This document shows, piece after piece, positions 17,910-28,308 of a DNA stretch of 47,604 nucleotides. Origin of the DNA: Tepidisphaeraceae bacterium. Its GTDB lineage: Bacteria > Planctomycetota > Phycisphaerae > Tepidisphaerales > Tepidisphaeraceae. The stretch is from NCBI GenBank assembly GCA_050011595.1, contig JBEKIV010000046.1, positions 1 to 47,604 of the forward strand, read 5' to 3'. The first letter of the stretch is position 1; every line of letters begins with the position of its first letter. The translations under genes and the position numbers were made by a program. The notes under the pieces were generated by a model. The model did not search any database. It worked only from the letters and a program-made list of their open reading frames with translations, and was not told where the DNA came from.

Positions 17910-18704
17910 ATGATTGGATACACAAGGAGCCTGACGTTGGCCAAGAGATCGCCGCTGGCGGAAAAGCTGGATGAGATTCGGGAGCGGATCGCCGCCGCGG
18001 CGGCGAAGGCGAAACGCGAACCGTCGGAAATCACGCTGATCGCGGTGACCAAGACGGCGGCGCCCGAGCAGATTCGCGAGATTCTGCAATTGGGGCTCAT
18101 GGACCTGGGGGAAAGCCGGGTGCAGGTGCTGGCACAACGGGCGGGGCAACTGAACGAATTTTTCCAGAGGCGGGCGATTCATGGGGACCTGCCGCCGGGG
18201 CAGAAAATCCGCTGGCACATGATCGGGCACTTGCAGCGCAACAAGGTGAAGACCGTCTTGCCGCTGGTGCACATGATCCACAGCGTGGACAGCCTGCGCC
18301 TGGCGGAAGAACTGGACACTCAGGGGGCGAAGATGGGGCGGAAGATCCCGGTGTTGCTCCAGGTGAACACGTCGGAGGAGAGCACAAAATTCGGCGTGGC
18401 GGTCGGGGCGGCGGTGCACCTGGCGGAGCAGATGGATTCGATGCCGGGCCTGCTGATGACCGGGCTGATGGCCATGGCGCCGCTGGATGCTCCGGAGGAG
18501 AAGGTGCGGCACGCGTTTGCGCGGGCCCGGGAGATTTTCGAGGAGATGAAATGGCACAAGATCGGCGGGTCGGGGCTGCGGCACCTGAGCATGGGCATGA
18601 GCCACGATTTCGAGCCGGCGATCGCCGAGGGTTCGACGATGGTGAGGATCGGCTCAGCGCTGTTCGGAGGAAAGGTCTTCGAGCCGGATGACATCGGAGA
18701 ATGA
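17910..18704 (+). CDS. yggS: PLP-binding protein, YggS/PROSC family
   Basis: Trimmed to the ATG at 17910. Contains ITLIAVTKT (Lys for PLP), DLGESRVQ, WHMIGHLQRNK, SMGMSHDF and VRIGSALFG. Confidence 0.85.
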   Translation: MIGYTRSLTLAKRSPLAEKLDEIRERIAAAAAKAKREPSEITLIAVTKTAAPEQIREILQLGLMDLGESRVQVLAQRAGQLNEFFQRRAIHGDLPPGQKIRWHMIGHLQRNKVKTVLPLVHMIHSVDSLRLAEELDTQGAKMGRKIPVLLQVNTSEESTKFGVAVGAAVHLAEQMDSMPGLLMTGLMAMAPLDAPEEKVRHAFARAREIFEEMKWHKIGGSGLRHLSMGMSHDFEPAIAEGSTMVRIGSALFGGKVFEPDDIGE

Positions 18705-19036
18705 GCGGCAACGGCAAAAAGATGCACGTCGATTTCTTCAATTTCTTCCGCTGGGTGCTGGGAACGGTGGTGACGATTTATGCCACGGTGGTGACGTGGC
18801 AGTCGTTATACGGATGGTGGGTGTATCTCGGGAGCGAGGGACGTTACATGTCGCTGATGCGGCGGTACGTGATGGTGCAGGGGCTTCGGCTGAGGATCAA
18901 GACGTTCGGGGGCGACGTGCTGGTGTGCATTTTGTTAACCGTGGTTTGGATCCTGCTTTTGCGGGCGCACCAATTGGTGGCGAAGATCGATCCTTATTCT
19001 CATGGCGATGGGCGACAGCATTCCACAATCCGATGA
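18701..19036 (+). CDS. Small hypothetical membrane protein
   Basis: 111-aa ORF whose start overlaps the yggS stop (ATGA). It has two or three hydrophobic helices (WVLGTVVTIYATVVTW, VLVCILLTVVWILLL). No family recognised. Confidence 0.45.
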   Translation: MSGNGKKMHVDFFNFFRWVLGTVVTIYATVVTWQSLYGWWVYLGSEGRYMSLMRRYVMVQGLRLRIKTFGGDVLVCILLTVVWILLLRAHQLVAKIDPYSHGDGRQHSTIR

Positions 19037-19816
19037 GGGCGACGCCAGCCGCCAGATCGTGCTGGCGGAGCCCCAAACGGTTTCCGGGCAAGCGCCGAAC
19101 CGGCAGCTTTCGGAGTTGCCCAAGGACGAACTGGCGAACCTGGCGGAAGGGCTGGGTCTGGACTGGACGCAATACAAGACGCAACAGCAACTGGTGAGCG
19201 CGGTGCATGAGCGGCGGCAGCTCATCGCGGGGCTGGACCGGCAGGCGATGCTGGACGTGGTAAGGTGGGGAAGAAGACCGGTGACGATCAACGCGCCAAA
19301 GGAGCAGATCGCCCAGGAGATCGCGCGGATTCGGGCGATGAAATTCGCGGGCCTGTCGCATCGGGGATTGCTGGCGCTGGCGCGGCTGCGGGGCGTGGAG
19401 GCGACGGACGGCGACCCGGTGCCCCTGCTGGTTCGAAGGCTCAGGAAGCAGGAAGGGTTTTTCAGCCGGCTGAACCGCAAGCGGCGGGCGATGCTGGGCG
19501 GGATCGTGGCGACGATCGTGGGAGAAAGCGGTTCGGCGACGGATTACAAGTATCTTCCCGATCCTGGAATCGATGCCAATGTCGCGGCGGGCTGAAAAAA
19601 AGCGCCGACGTCTATCTGAACCAGAAACTGGACGAGATCGAGGCGCGGATCGACCGGAAACTGGACGAGATCGACCGGCGGCTGGCGGAATGGCGGGACA
19701 AGGAAATCGCCAACCGGATCAGGATTCTTAAGATCACGCTGTGGGCCAGCGTGATCGTGGGCATTGTGTCGCTGATTTATGCCTACGTGACGGAGTACCT
19801 GACGCCGCCGCGATAG
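19002..19816 (+). pseudogene. Hypothetical membrane-anchored protein split by a frameshift near 19589-19595 (or a 1-nt assembly error)
   Basis: Frame A (19002-19595) ends at TGA in ...DANVAAG*. The next 74 codons, starting one base back (19592-19816), read LKKSADVYLNQKLDEIEARIDRKLDEIDRRLAEWRDKEIANRIRILKITLWASVIVGIVSLIYAYVTEYLTPPR. That is clearly protein-like (coiled coil plus a TM anchor) but has no Met or plausible start. The rest of the 19265 ORF is Gly/Arg/Asp-rich shadow. Confidence 0.5.
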
Positions 19817-19829
19817 GCGCAAAACAAAG

Positions 19830-19855
19830 AAGCCCCGCATGTACGTGCGGGGCTT
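19830..19855. terminator. Intrinsic terminator between convergent genes (mainly for glnN)
   Basis: aagccccgca-tgtacg-tgcggggctt gives a 10-bp perfect stem. On the minus strand it is followed by ttctttgttttg, 20 nt after the glnN stop. Confidence 0.6.
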
Positions 19856-19874
19856 GGGACGCCCAATCACTTCT

Positions 19875-22049
<2,175 letters not shown>

Positions 22050-22228
22050 GGAAGGTCTCCAGTTGTAAAAAGCGGTTGGTTACACCCGAAAACGGTTGGT
22101 TCTACCGTGGAGGCGGCAGATGATTAGCAAATTGTCGGTCGAATGTCCAGTGAGAAATTGAAAAAGTTGAAGGCGGGCCGGGCCGGGGACTCCCCCAGCC
22201 CCGCCGGATAGGCTTAACCGGGGTTGGT

Positions 22229-24457
22229 ATGAGCTCCACAACGCGGCTGATTGACGGCATTTTGCAGCACGCCGGCGGGATTGATCCCGGCGTTGTTGCG
22301 GCATTCCTTGGCAGGGTCGAAGCGGAATATCTGGAAACGTTCGAGCCGGCGGCGATGGCGCGGCATCTCAAGGCCCTGGCCAAGCTCTCGGGGCAAAATC
22401 CGGCCGAGGTGCTGCTGGAGAGCCGGCCGGACGGGCTGATTGATTGCGTGGTGCTGGCGTTCGATCATCCGTTCGAGTTTTCCAGCCTGACGGGAGTCAT
22501 GGCCGGAACGGGGTACAGCATCGAGCGCAGCGACGCGTTCACGCTGCGGCGCGTGAAATCGGCGCGGAAGAAGGGATTGTTGGATCGGCGGCATTTGCTC
22601 CCGCGGCGGCGCGAGCCCATGAGCGATGCGGTCATCCTGGATTATTTTCAGGGGAGGTTGCTGGGTCCGCTGGAGAATTTCGCGCCGTGGGCGAAGGTCT
22701 TCAAGCCGGTCATCGTGGAAACGATCGCCCTGCTGGATCAGGAGCAGGAGGAATCGACGGACCGCGCCAAGCGGCTGGTGAACGAACGGGTGACGCAATG
22801 GCTGAAGGCGCGGCGCAAGGCCGATCCGCGCTTGCCGGCCCTGGTGTCGCTGGAGGTGGAGGTGGAGCAACTGCCGGGGGCGACGCGGTTGCGGCTGCGC
22901 GCGCCAAATACCCCCGCGTTTCTCTATGCGCTGAGCACCGCGCTGTCGCTGCATGGTTTGCAGATCGATAGGACGCGGGCGCGAATGGTGCAGGGAAACG
23001 CGGTCAACGAGATCGACGTGGTGGACTCCGATGGCAAGCCGGTGCGCGATGCCGATGCGGTGCGGCAACTTCAGAGGTCGGTGTTGTTGACGCTGGAGTT
23101 TTCGTATTTTCTGGACCGCGCGCCCGATCCGTTCACCGCCTTGCAGCGGTTTGAGGAATTGTCGCGGCAGATCGTGCGCATTCCGGATGCCGGGCAATGG
23201 CTGGAATTGCTGGTGAATCCATCGAGCATGGCGGATTTGGCGAAATTGCTCGGGGCGAGCCATTTTCTCTGGGAGGATTTCATTCGCTTCAACGCCGACG
23301 CGCTGTTGCCGGTGCTACAGCGGCGCGTGCGTGGCGAGGACCTTTGCCCGCCGCGGGGGAGCCTGCCGCGAAGATTGGAAGAGGCGCTGGCCGGCGCCCA
23401 GGACTTCGAGGAACAGCGCAAGCGGCTGAACCAATTCAAGGACCGGGAGCTTTTCCTGATCGATCTGGATCACATCCTGGCTGAGGAGAACCCGGATTCG
23501 GCGTTCCAAATCCTCTCGGAGCGGCTGGTGTTTCTGGCGGAGAACCTGGTGTCGGCGGCATGCCGGCTGGCGCATGCGGAGTTGGTGCGGCTGTACGGCC
23601 GGCCGCGGGATGAGAAGGGGCGAAACGCGGGATTCGCCGTGTTCGGGCTTGGCAAGCTCGGCGGCGTGGCCCTGGGATATGCCTCGGACATCGAGCTTTT
23701 GTTCCTGTTCGACGAGGATGGCCAGACCAGCGGGGGAAGCCGGGGTTCGCTGAAAAACGCGGAATTCTTTGCGATCTTTGCCCGGGAAACCTGCGGCTAC
23801 GTCCAAGCCAAGCGGGAAGGGATTTTTCAAGTCGATCTGCGGCTGCGGCCGTTCGGCAAGAGCGGCCCGCTGGCGAACAGCCGGAACGATTTCGCGGCGT
23901 ATTACGCGGCCGGGGGGCAAGCGCATGCGTTTGAGCGTTTGACGTTGGCGCGGCTGCGGTGGATCGCGGGAGATCCGAAACTGGGCTACGAAATCGAGCG
24001 GATGCGGGATGAGATGCTGTACGAGGGCGAGCCGCTGGATTTGGCGGCGATCTGGGAAGTCTCCGGAAAGATGCGCGCCCAACATGTCAAGGGCGGCGCC
24101 TACAACTCCAAGCACGGCGAAGGAGCGCTGGCGGACCTGGAGCAGACGGTGCAGTTGTTGCAGGTCATGCATGCCAAGGATGCGCCGCAACTGCGGACGC
24201 CCAGATTGCACGACGCGATGGACAGCCTGCGGCGCGCGGGAATCCTTTCGGCGGATGAATTCGAAGAACTGATGGGGGCGTATCAGTTCCTGCGCCGGCT
24301 GATCAAGCCGGCGAGCGAATCGGATGAACTGGTGCATCTGTCGCGGCGGATGCGATACCCCTCGGACGATGCGGGGGCAACGCTGGTGAGTGATTTCCGG
24401 CGGCATACGGAGCGGGTGCGAAAGTTCATCCAGCGGCGGTTTGGCGCGGGGCGTTAA
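22229..24457 (+). CDS. glnE: Glutamine synthetase adenylyltransferase-like protein (GlnE family, single nucleotidyltransferase module)
   Basis: 742-aa ORF. The NTase core is FAVFGLGKLGGVALGYASDIELLFLFDE, followed by FQVDLRLRPFGKSGPLA and the GlnE-type C-terminal helical region (ERLTLARLRWIAGD...). The N-terminal roughly 380 aa is not recognisably a second NTase module. Confidence 0.75.
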   Translation: MSSTTRLIDGILQHAGGIDPGVVAAFLGRVEAEYLETFEPAAMARHLKALAKLSGQNPAEVLLESRPDGLIDCVVLAFDHPFEFSSLTGVMAGTGYSIERSDAFTLRRVKSARKKGLLDRRHLLPRRREPMSDAVILDYFQGRLLGPLENFAPWAKVFKPVIVETIALLDQEQEESTDRAKRLVNERVTQWLKARRKADPRLPALVSLEVEVEQLPGATRLRLRAPNTPAFLYALSTALSLHGLQIDRTRARMVQGNAVNEIDVVDSDGKPVRDADAVRQLQRSVLLTLEFSYFLDRAPDPFTALQRFEELSRQIVRIPDAGQWLELLVNPSSMADLAKLLGASHFLWEDFIRFNADALLPVLQRRVRGEDLCPPRGSLPRRLEEALAGAQDFEEQRKRLNQFKDRELFLIDLDHILAEENPDSAFQILSERLVFLAENLVSAACRLAHAELVRLYGRPRDEKGRNAGFAVFGLGKLGGVALGYASDIELLFLFDEDGQTSGGSRGSLKNAEFFAIFARETCGYVQAKREGIFQVDLRLRPFGKSGPLANSRNDFAAYYAAGGQAHAFERLTLARLRWIAGDPKLGYEIERMRDEMLYEGEPLDLAAIWEVSGKMRAQHVKGGAYNSKHGEGALADLEQTVQLLQVMHAKDAPQLRTPRLHDAMDSLRRAGILSADEFEELMGAYQFLRRLIKPASESDELVHLSRRMRYPSDDAGATLVSDFRRHTERVRKFIQRRFGAGR

Positions 24458-24461
24458 AAAA

Positions 24462-24487
24462 AGCCCCCGGATGGCCATCCGGGGGCT
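24462..24487. terminator. Bidirectional intrinsic terminator between glnE and glnA
   Basis: The perfect 26-nt palindrome agcccccggatgg/ccatccgggggct is flanked by an A7 run on the left and ttgggtttt on the right. It is 5 nt after the glnE stop and 27 nt after the minus-strand glnA stop. Confidence 0.75.
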
Positions 24488-24513
24488 TGGGTTTTGCCGA
24501 AGCGGATTTCCGA

Positions 24514-25947
24514 TCAGATGTCGTAATACATCGCGAACTCATACGGATGGGGCCGCAGCCGCAGCGCATCCACTTCGTTGACCGTCTTGTATTCGATCCA
24601 CGTGTCTATCACGTCGGAAGTGAACACGTCCCCTTTCAGCAGGAAGGCGTGGTCCTTCCTCAGCGCCGCCAGCGACTCCGCCAAGGCCCCGGGCGTCTGG
24701 GCCACTCCCTTGGCTTCCTCCGGTTCCAGGTCGTAAATATTCACGTCCAACGGCTTGCCCGGATCGATCTTGTTCTGAATCCCGTCGATCCCCGCCATGA
24801 GGATCGCCGAAAACGTGAGGTACGGATTGCAGCTTGGATCGGGACAGCGGAACTCCAGCCGCTTGGTCTTGGGGTTGGTCGAGTACATGGGGATGCGGAT
24901 GGCGGCGGAGCGGTTGCGCTGGCTGAGCGCCAGGTTCACCGGCGCCTCGTAGCCGGGGACCAGCCGCTTGTAGCTGTTGGTCGTCGGCGCCGCGAACGCC
25001 AGGATCGCCGCCGCGTGCTTGATGATTCCACCCGCCGCGTACAACGCCATCTCGCTCAATCCCGCGTATCCCTTGCCCGCGAACAGCGGCTTGTCACCCT
25101 TCCACAAACTGAAGTGCGTGTGCATCCCCGACCCGTTGTCCTGGAACAGCGGCTTGGGCATGAAGCAGGCCGTCTTGCCGTAGCGGCGGGCGACCATCTT
25201 GATGATGTATTTGTACAGCGTCACCTTGTCGGCCATCTGAACCAGCGGCGAAAACTTCATGTCGATCTCGCACTGACCGCCGGTGGCCACTTCATGGTGC
25301 TGGGCCTCGATCTCGATCCCGCATTCCTCCATGAGCAGCATGCACTCGGTGCGGATATCCTGAAGCGAATCGCTCGGCGGGATCGGGAAATACCCTTCCT
25401 TGTACCGCAGCTTGTTCCCCAGGTTTGGCTTGTCGCCGTCGCATTCCCGCCCGGAATTCCAAATGCCCTCGGCCGAGTCGATGTGGTAGTACCCTTCGTG
25501 CTGGTTTTGGTCATAACGGATCGAATCGAAGATGAAGAACTCCAACTCCGGGCCCATATAGGCCGTATCCGCCAGTCCCAGAGTTTGCAGGTGCTTCACG
25601 GCCTTCCGGCTGATATTGCGCGGATCGCGCGTGTAATCCTCCTTGGTCACCGGGTCCTGAATATTACAGATCATCACCAGGGTCGGTTCCTTGGCGAACG
25701 GATCGACAAACGCCGTCTCCGGCGCGGGAATGACGAGCATGTCGGATTCGTTGATCGCCTGCCAGCCGCGGATGGACGATCCGTCGAAACCGAGGCCTTC
25801 CTTGAATGTATCCGCTTCGATGCAATGAACGGGCACGGTGAAGTGCTGTTGCATGCCGGGGAAATCCATGAACCGGAGGTCCACGGCCTTGATTTTTTTG
25901 TCCTTGATAAGCTTCAGTACGTCCGCGGGAGTCTTTGCCGCATTCAT
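24514..25947 (-). CDS. glnA: Glutamine synthetase type I (copy 1)
   Basis: 477-aa ORF with [62 protein letters not shown], the adenylylation-loop Tyr (NIYDLEPEE), and an AAGAGGAAA RBS upstream. Confidence 0.92.
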   Translation of the reverse strand: MNAAKTPADVLKLIKDKKIKAVDLRFMDFPGMQQHFTVPVHCIEADTFKEGLGFDGSSIRGWQAINESDMLVIPAPETAFVDPFAKEPTLVMICNIQDPVTKEDYTRDPRNISRKAVKHLQTLGLADTAYMGPELEFFIFDSIRYDQNQHEGYYHIDSAEGIWNSGRECDGDKPNLGNKLRYKEGYFPIPPSDSLQDIRTECMLLMEECGIEIEAQHHEVATGGQCEIDMKFSPLVQMADKVTLYKYIIKMVARRYGKTACFMPKPLFQDNGSGMHTHFSLWKGDKPLFAGKGYAGLSEMALYAAGGIIKHAAAILAFAAPTTNSYKRLVPGYEAPVNLALSQRNRSAAIRIPMYSTNPKTKRLEFRCPDPSCNPYLTFSAILMAGIDGIQNKIDPGKPLDVNIYDLEPEEAKGVAQTPGALAESLAALRKDHAFLLKGDVFTSDVIDTWIEYKTVNEVDALRLRPHPYEFAMYYDI

Positions 25948-26061
25948 CGGAGTTTCCTCTTTCTTGTTTGTGCTTAGCGAGTTGGTTTAGGAGCATTTAT
26001 CCAGAAAACCACGCGGAGTCAACTCAACCCGGCGCTATAAACAGGCTGGCCGCGGTCGGTT

Positions 26062-26090
26062 TTGACGCTTGTCGGGCCGATGGTTAGCAT
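26062..26090 (+). promoter_or_regulatory. Candidate sigma-70-type promoter for glnA copy 2
   Basis: TTGACG (26062-26067), a 17-nt spacer, then TAGCAT (26085-26090), 48 nt upstream of the ATG at 26139. This is pattern match only, and promoter rules for this lineage are poorly known. Confidence 0.3.
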
Positions 26091-26138
26091 ACCCCCCTCA
26101 TCCAAACGGCTGACCGGTTTATTGTGAGGAGAATTTCC

Positions 26139-27551
26139 ATGTCCCCTGCCGACGTACTAAAGCTTTGCAAGGAAAAGAAAGTCGAGTTTTTCGATCTGCG
26201 ATTTATGGATTTTCCGGGGCTTTGGCAACATACCACCTGTCCAATCAACGAGTTAACGCTCGAGAGCTTCGATCACGGTTTTGGGTTCGACGGCTCTTCA
26301 ATCCGGGGATGGCAGGCGATCAATGAATCGGACATGCTGCTGGTTCCGGTGGCCAGCACCGCCAAGATCGACCCGTTCATGACCCACAACACCCTGTCGA
26401 TCATCTGCGACGTGCGCGACCCGATCACCAAGAAGGAATATTCGCGCGATCCGCGTTCGATCGCGCGGAAGACGGCGGCGTATTTGAAGAAGACCAAAAT
26501 CGCCGACACCGCGTATTTCGGTCCGGAACTGGAATTCTTCATCTTCGATCATGCGTTTTACGATCAGGGGATTAATTTCGGGAAATATTACGTCGGAAGC
26601 CGCGAGGGAATCTGGGACCGGGGAAGCGAAGACCCCAGCAACCTCGGATACAAGGTGCGCTTGAAGGAGGGATATTTCCCCACGCCGCCGATGGACACCA
26701 TGCAGAACATCCGCAGCGAAATGGTGGCGACGCTGATCGAGTTGGGCATTCCGGTGGAGGCGCATCACCACGAAGTGGCCACCGGCGGACAATGCGAAAT
26801 CGACATGCGGTATCAGGACCTGGTGACGATGTCGGACAACGTGATGATGTACAAATACGTGTGCAAGAACGTTGCGGCGCGGCATGGGAAGGTGGTGACG
26901 TTCATGCCCAAGCCCCTGTTCCAGGACAATGGTTCGGGGATGCACGTGCATTTCAGCTTGTGGAAGGGGGACAAGCCGCTGTTCGCCGGGAACAAATACT
27001 CCGGATTGAGCGAGATGGGATTGCACGCGATCGGCGGGGTGTTGAAACACGCCAAGGCGCTTTGCGCGCTGTGCAATCCGACGACCAACAGCTACAAACG
27101 CCTCGTGCCGGGTTACGAAGCGCCGGTGAACCTGGTCTACAGCAGCCGGAACCGCTCGGCGGCGATCCGCATCCCCATGTACAGCGAAAATCCGAAAACC
27201 AAGCGGTTGGAATTCCGCTGCCCGGATAGCTCGTGCAATCCGTACCTGGCGTTCAGCGGAATGGTGATGGCGGCGATCGACGGGATCCAAAACAAGATCG
27301 ATCCGGGTGAGCCGCTGGACAAAAACATGTATCATCTGACGACGGAGGAATACGAGCAGATCGACTCGGCGCCGGGGTCGCTGGAAGAGGCGTTGGCGGC
27401 CTTGGAGGAGGACCACGAATTTCTATTGAAGGGGGACGTATTCACCGCGGACGTGGTTCACTATTGGGTGAAATATAAGAGGGAGACCGAGGTGGACGCC
27501 ATCCGCCAGCGCCCGCATCCCTATGAGTTCTGCATGTATTTTGACATTTGA
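26139..27551 (+). CDS. glnA: Glutamine synthetase type I (copy 2, divergent paralog)
   Basis: I moved the start from the track's GTG at 26124 to the ATG at 26139, which is preceded by GAGGAGAA. It carries the same GSI motifs as copy 1 ([39 protein letters not shown]) and retains the loop Tyr (NMYHLTTEE). Confidence 0.92.
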   Translation: MSPADVLKLCKEKKVEFFDLRFMDFPGLWQHTTCPINELTLESFDHGFGFDGSSIRGWQAINESDMLLVPVASTAKIDPFMTHNTLSIICDVRDPITKKEYSRDPRSIARKTAAYLKKTKIADTAYFGPELEFFIFDHAFYDQGINFGKYYVGSREGIWDRGSEDPSNLGYKVRLKEGYFPTPPMDTMQNIRSEMVATLIELGIPVEAHHHEVATGGQCEIDMRYQDLVTMSDNVMMYKYVCKNVAARHGKVVTFMPKPLFQDNGSGMHVHFSLWKGDKPLFAGNKYSGLSEMGLHAIGGVLKHAKALCALCNPTTNSYKRLVPGYEAPVNLVYSSRNRSAAIRIPMYSENPKTKRLEFRCPDSSCNPYLAFSGMVMAAIDGIQNKIDPGEPLDKNMYHLTTEEYEQIDSAPGSLEEALAALEEDHEFLLKGDVFTADVVHYWVKYKRETEVDAIRQRPHPYEFCMYFDI

Positions 27552-27558
27552 CGGGGAT

Positions 27559-27590
27559 GTGTAGCCGGCGAGCAACCTCACCGGCTACAC
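27559..27590. repeat. REP hairpin, upstream flank of the RAYT gene
   Basis: gtgtagccggcgag-caac-ctcaccggctacac forms a 14-bp stem with one mismatch, 8 nt after the glnA copy 2 stop. It shares the GTGTAGCCGGCGAG head with 28186 and 43564. Confidence 0.75.
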
Positions 27591-27600
27591 GGAGAAAACG

Positions 27601-28191
27601 ATGGTACGCTGGTATCATCTCATCATCAGCGCCTATGGATTCTGGCTGCCCAACGATCCCCGTGGCTCCTGGTCGGATTTCGTCGCAGCGTGGGAGTTGC
27701 TCAAATTCGGGGGACCAACAACGGTCACCGGAAAGCGCTCCTATGCGCATGATGCCCACGATCGCGCACGACGATTGGAAGCAAAGCAATCCTTGAAGTA
27801 TCCACCCGTGCGATTCAACGAAGAACAGCGTGGCGTCATCGCTCAAGGATTTGCGCGGGCGGTTCAGGAAGGTGAATACGTCGTTCACGCCTGTTGCATC
27901 GGATACGACCACGCGCATCTCGTGACGGCCAGACATGAGCGAGCCATCGAAGCCATCGCCCGGCACTTGAAATCCAAGGCGTCCATGGCCCTGCGCACGG
28001 CGGGATGTCATCCGCTGGCCGCTTTTTCGGTTGGGGATGCGGTTCATACGCCCTGGGCGGAAGGATGTTGGAGCGTGTTCATCAATGACGTTGAGCATGT
28101 GAATATGGCCATCGATTACGTGCGCCGGCATCCGATGAAGGAGGGATTGCCTGCGCAGGAGTGGGATTTTGTAAGGGAGTTCCGCGTGTAG
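27601..28191 (+). CDS. IS200/IS605-like Y1 (HUH) transposase, REP-associated tyrosine transposase (RAYT) type
   Basis: 196-aa ORF with the HUH motif in GYDHAHLV and a C-terminal Tyr motif AIDYVRRHPMKEGL (compare Y-x-x-x-N-P of Y1 transposases). It is flanked on both sides by REP hairpins, and its TAG stop lies inside the right-hand REP. Confidence 0.75.
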   Translation: MVRWYHLIISAYGFWLPNDPRGSWSDFVAAWELLKFGGPTTVTGKRSYAHDAHDRARRLEAKQSLKYPPVRFNEEQRGVIAQGFARAVQEGEYVVHACCIGYDHAHLVTARHERAIEAIARHLKSKASMALRTAGCHPLAAFSVGDAVHTPWAEGCWSVFINDVEHVNMAIDYVRRHPMKEGLPAQEWDFVREFRV

Positions 28192-28265
28192 CCGGCGAGC
28201 TTGCTCGCCGTATTTTGGTCTTGCGCGCTACCGGAAAATACGGCGAGCAAGCTCGCCGGCTACAC
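28186..28265. repeat. REP doublet: perfect 31-bp inverted repeat with an 18-nt loop
   Basis: gtgtagccggcgagcttgctcgccgtatttt (28186-28216) and aaaatacggcgagcaagctcgccggctacac (28235-28265) are exact reverse complements. Each arm also holds the mini-palindrome ggcgagc-tt-gctcgcc. Confidence 0.85.
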
Positions 28266-28308
28266 GGACGCTACACGGGGCATTCGCTTTCCGCTATCGT
28301 CAGTGGCC

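Noticed and set aside
17535-18741. ORFs 17535..18605(-) (356 aa) and 18097..18741(-) (214 aa)
   Set aside because: They are antisense to the NTase-fold gene and yggS, with Pro/Arg/Ala-rich junk composition.
22050-22228. Sigma-54 (TGGCAC-N5-TTGC) or NtcA (GTA-N8-TAC) promoters upstream of glnN, and of the glnA pair at 25948-26138
   Set aside because: I scanned both spacers by eye. TGG...GC combinations exist (for example ctggacattcgaccgacaatttgc and ttggtttaggagca) but with the wrong spacing. No acceptable match was found.
22214-24478. ORFs 22214..23263(-) and 23315..24478(-)
   Set aside because: They are antisense to the GlnE-like gene, Arg/Pro/Gln-rich, and show no motifs.
24487-27416. ORFs 24487..25977(+) (496 aa) and 26298..27416(-) (372 aa)
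   Set aside because: They are full-length antisense shadows of the two glnA genes, whose identities are unambiguous.
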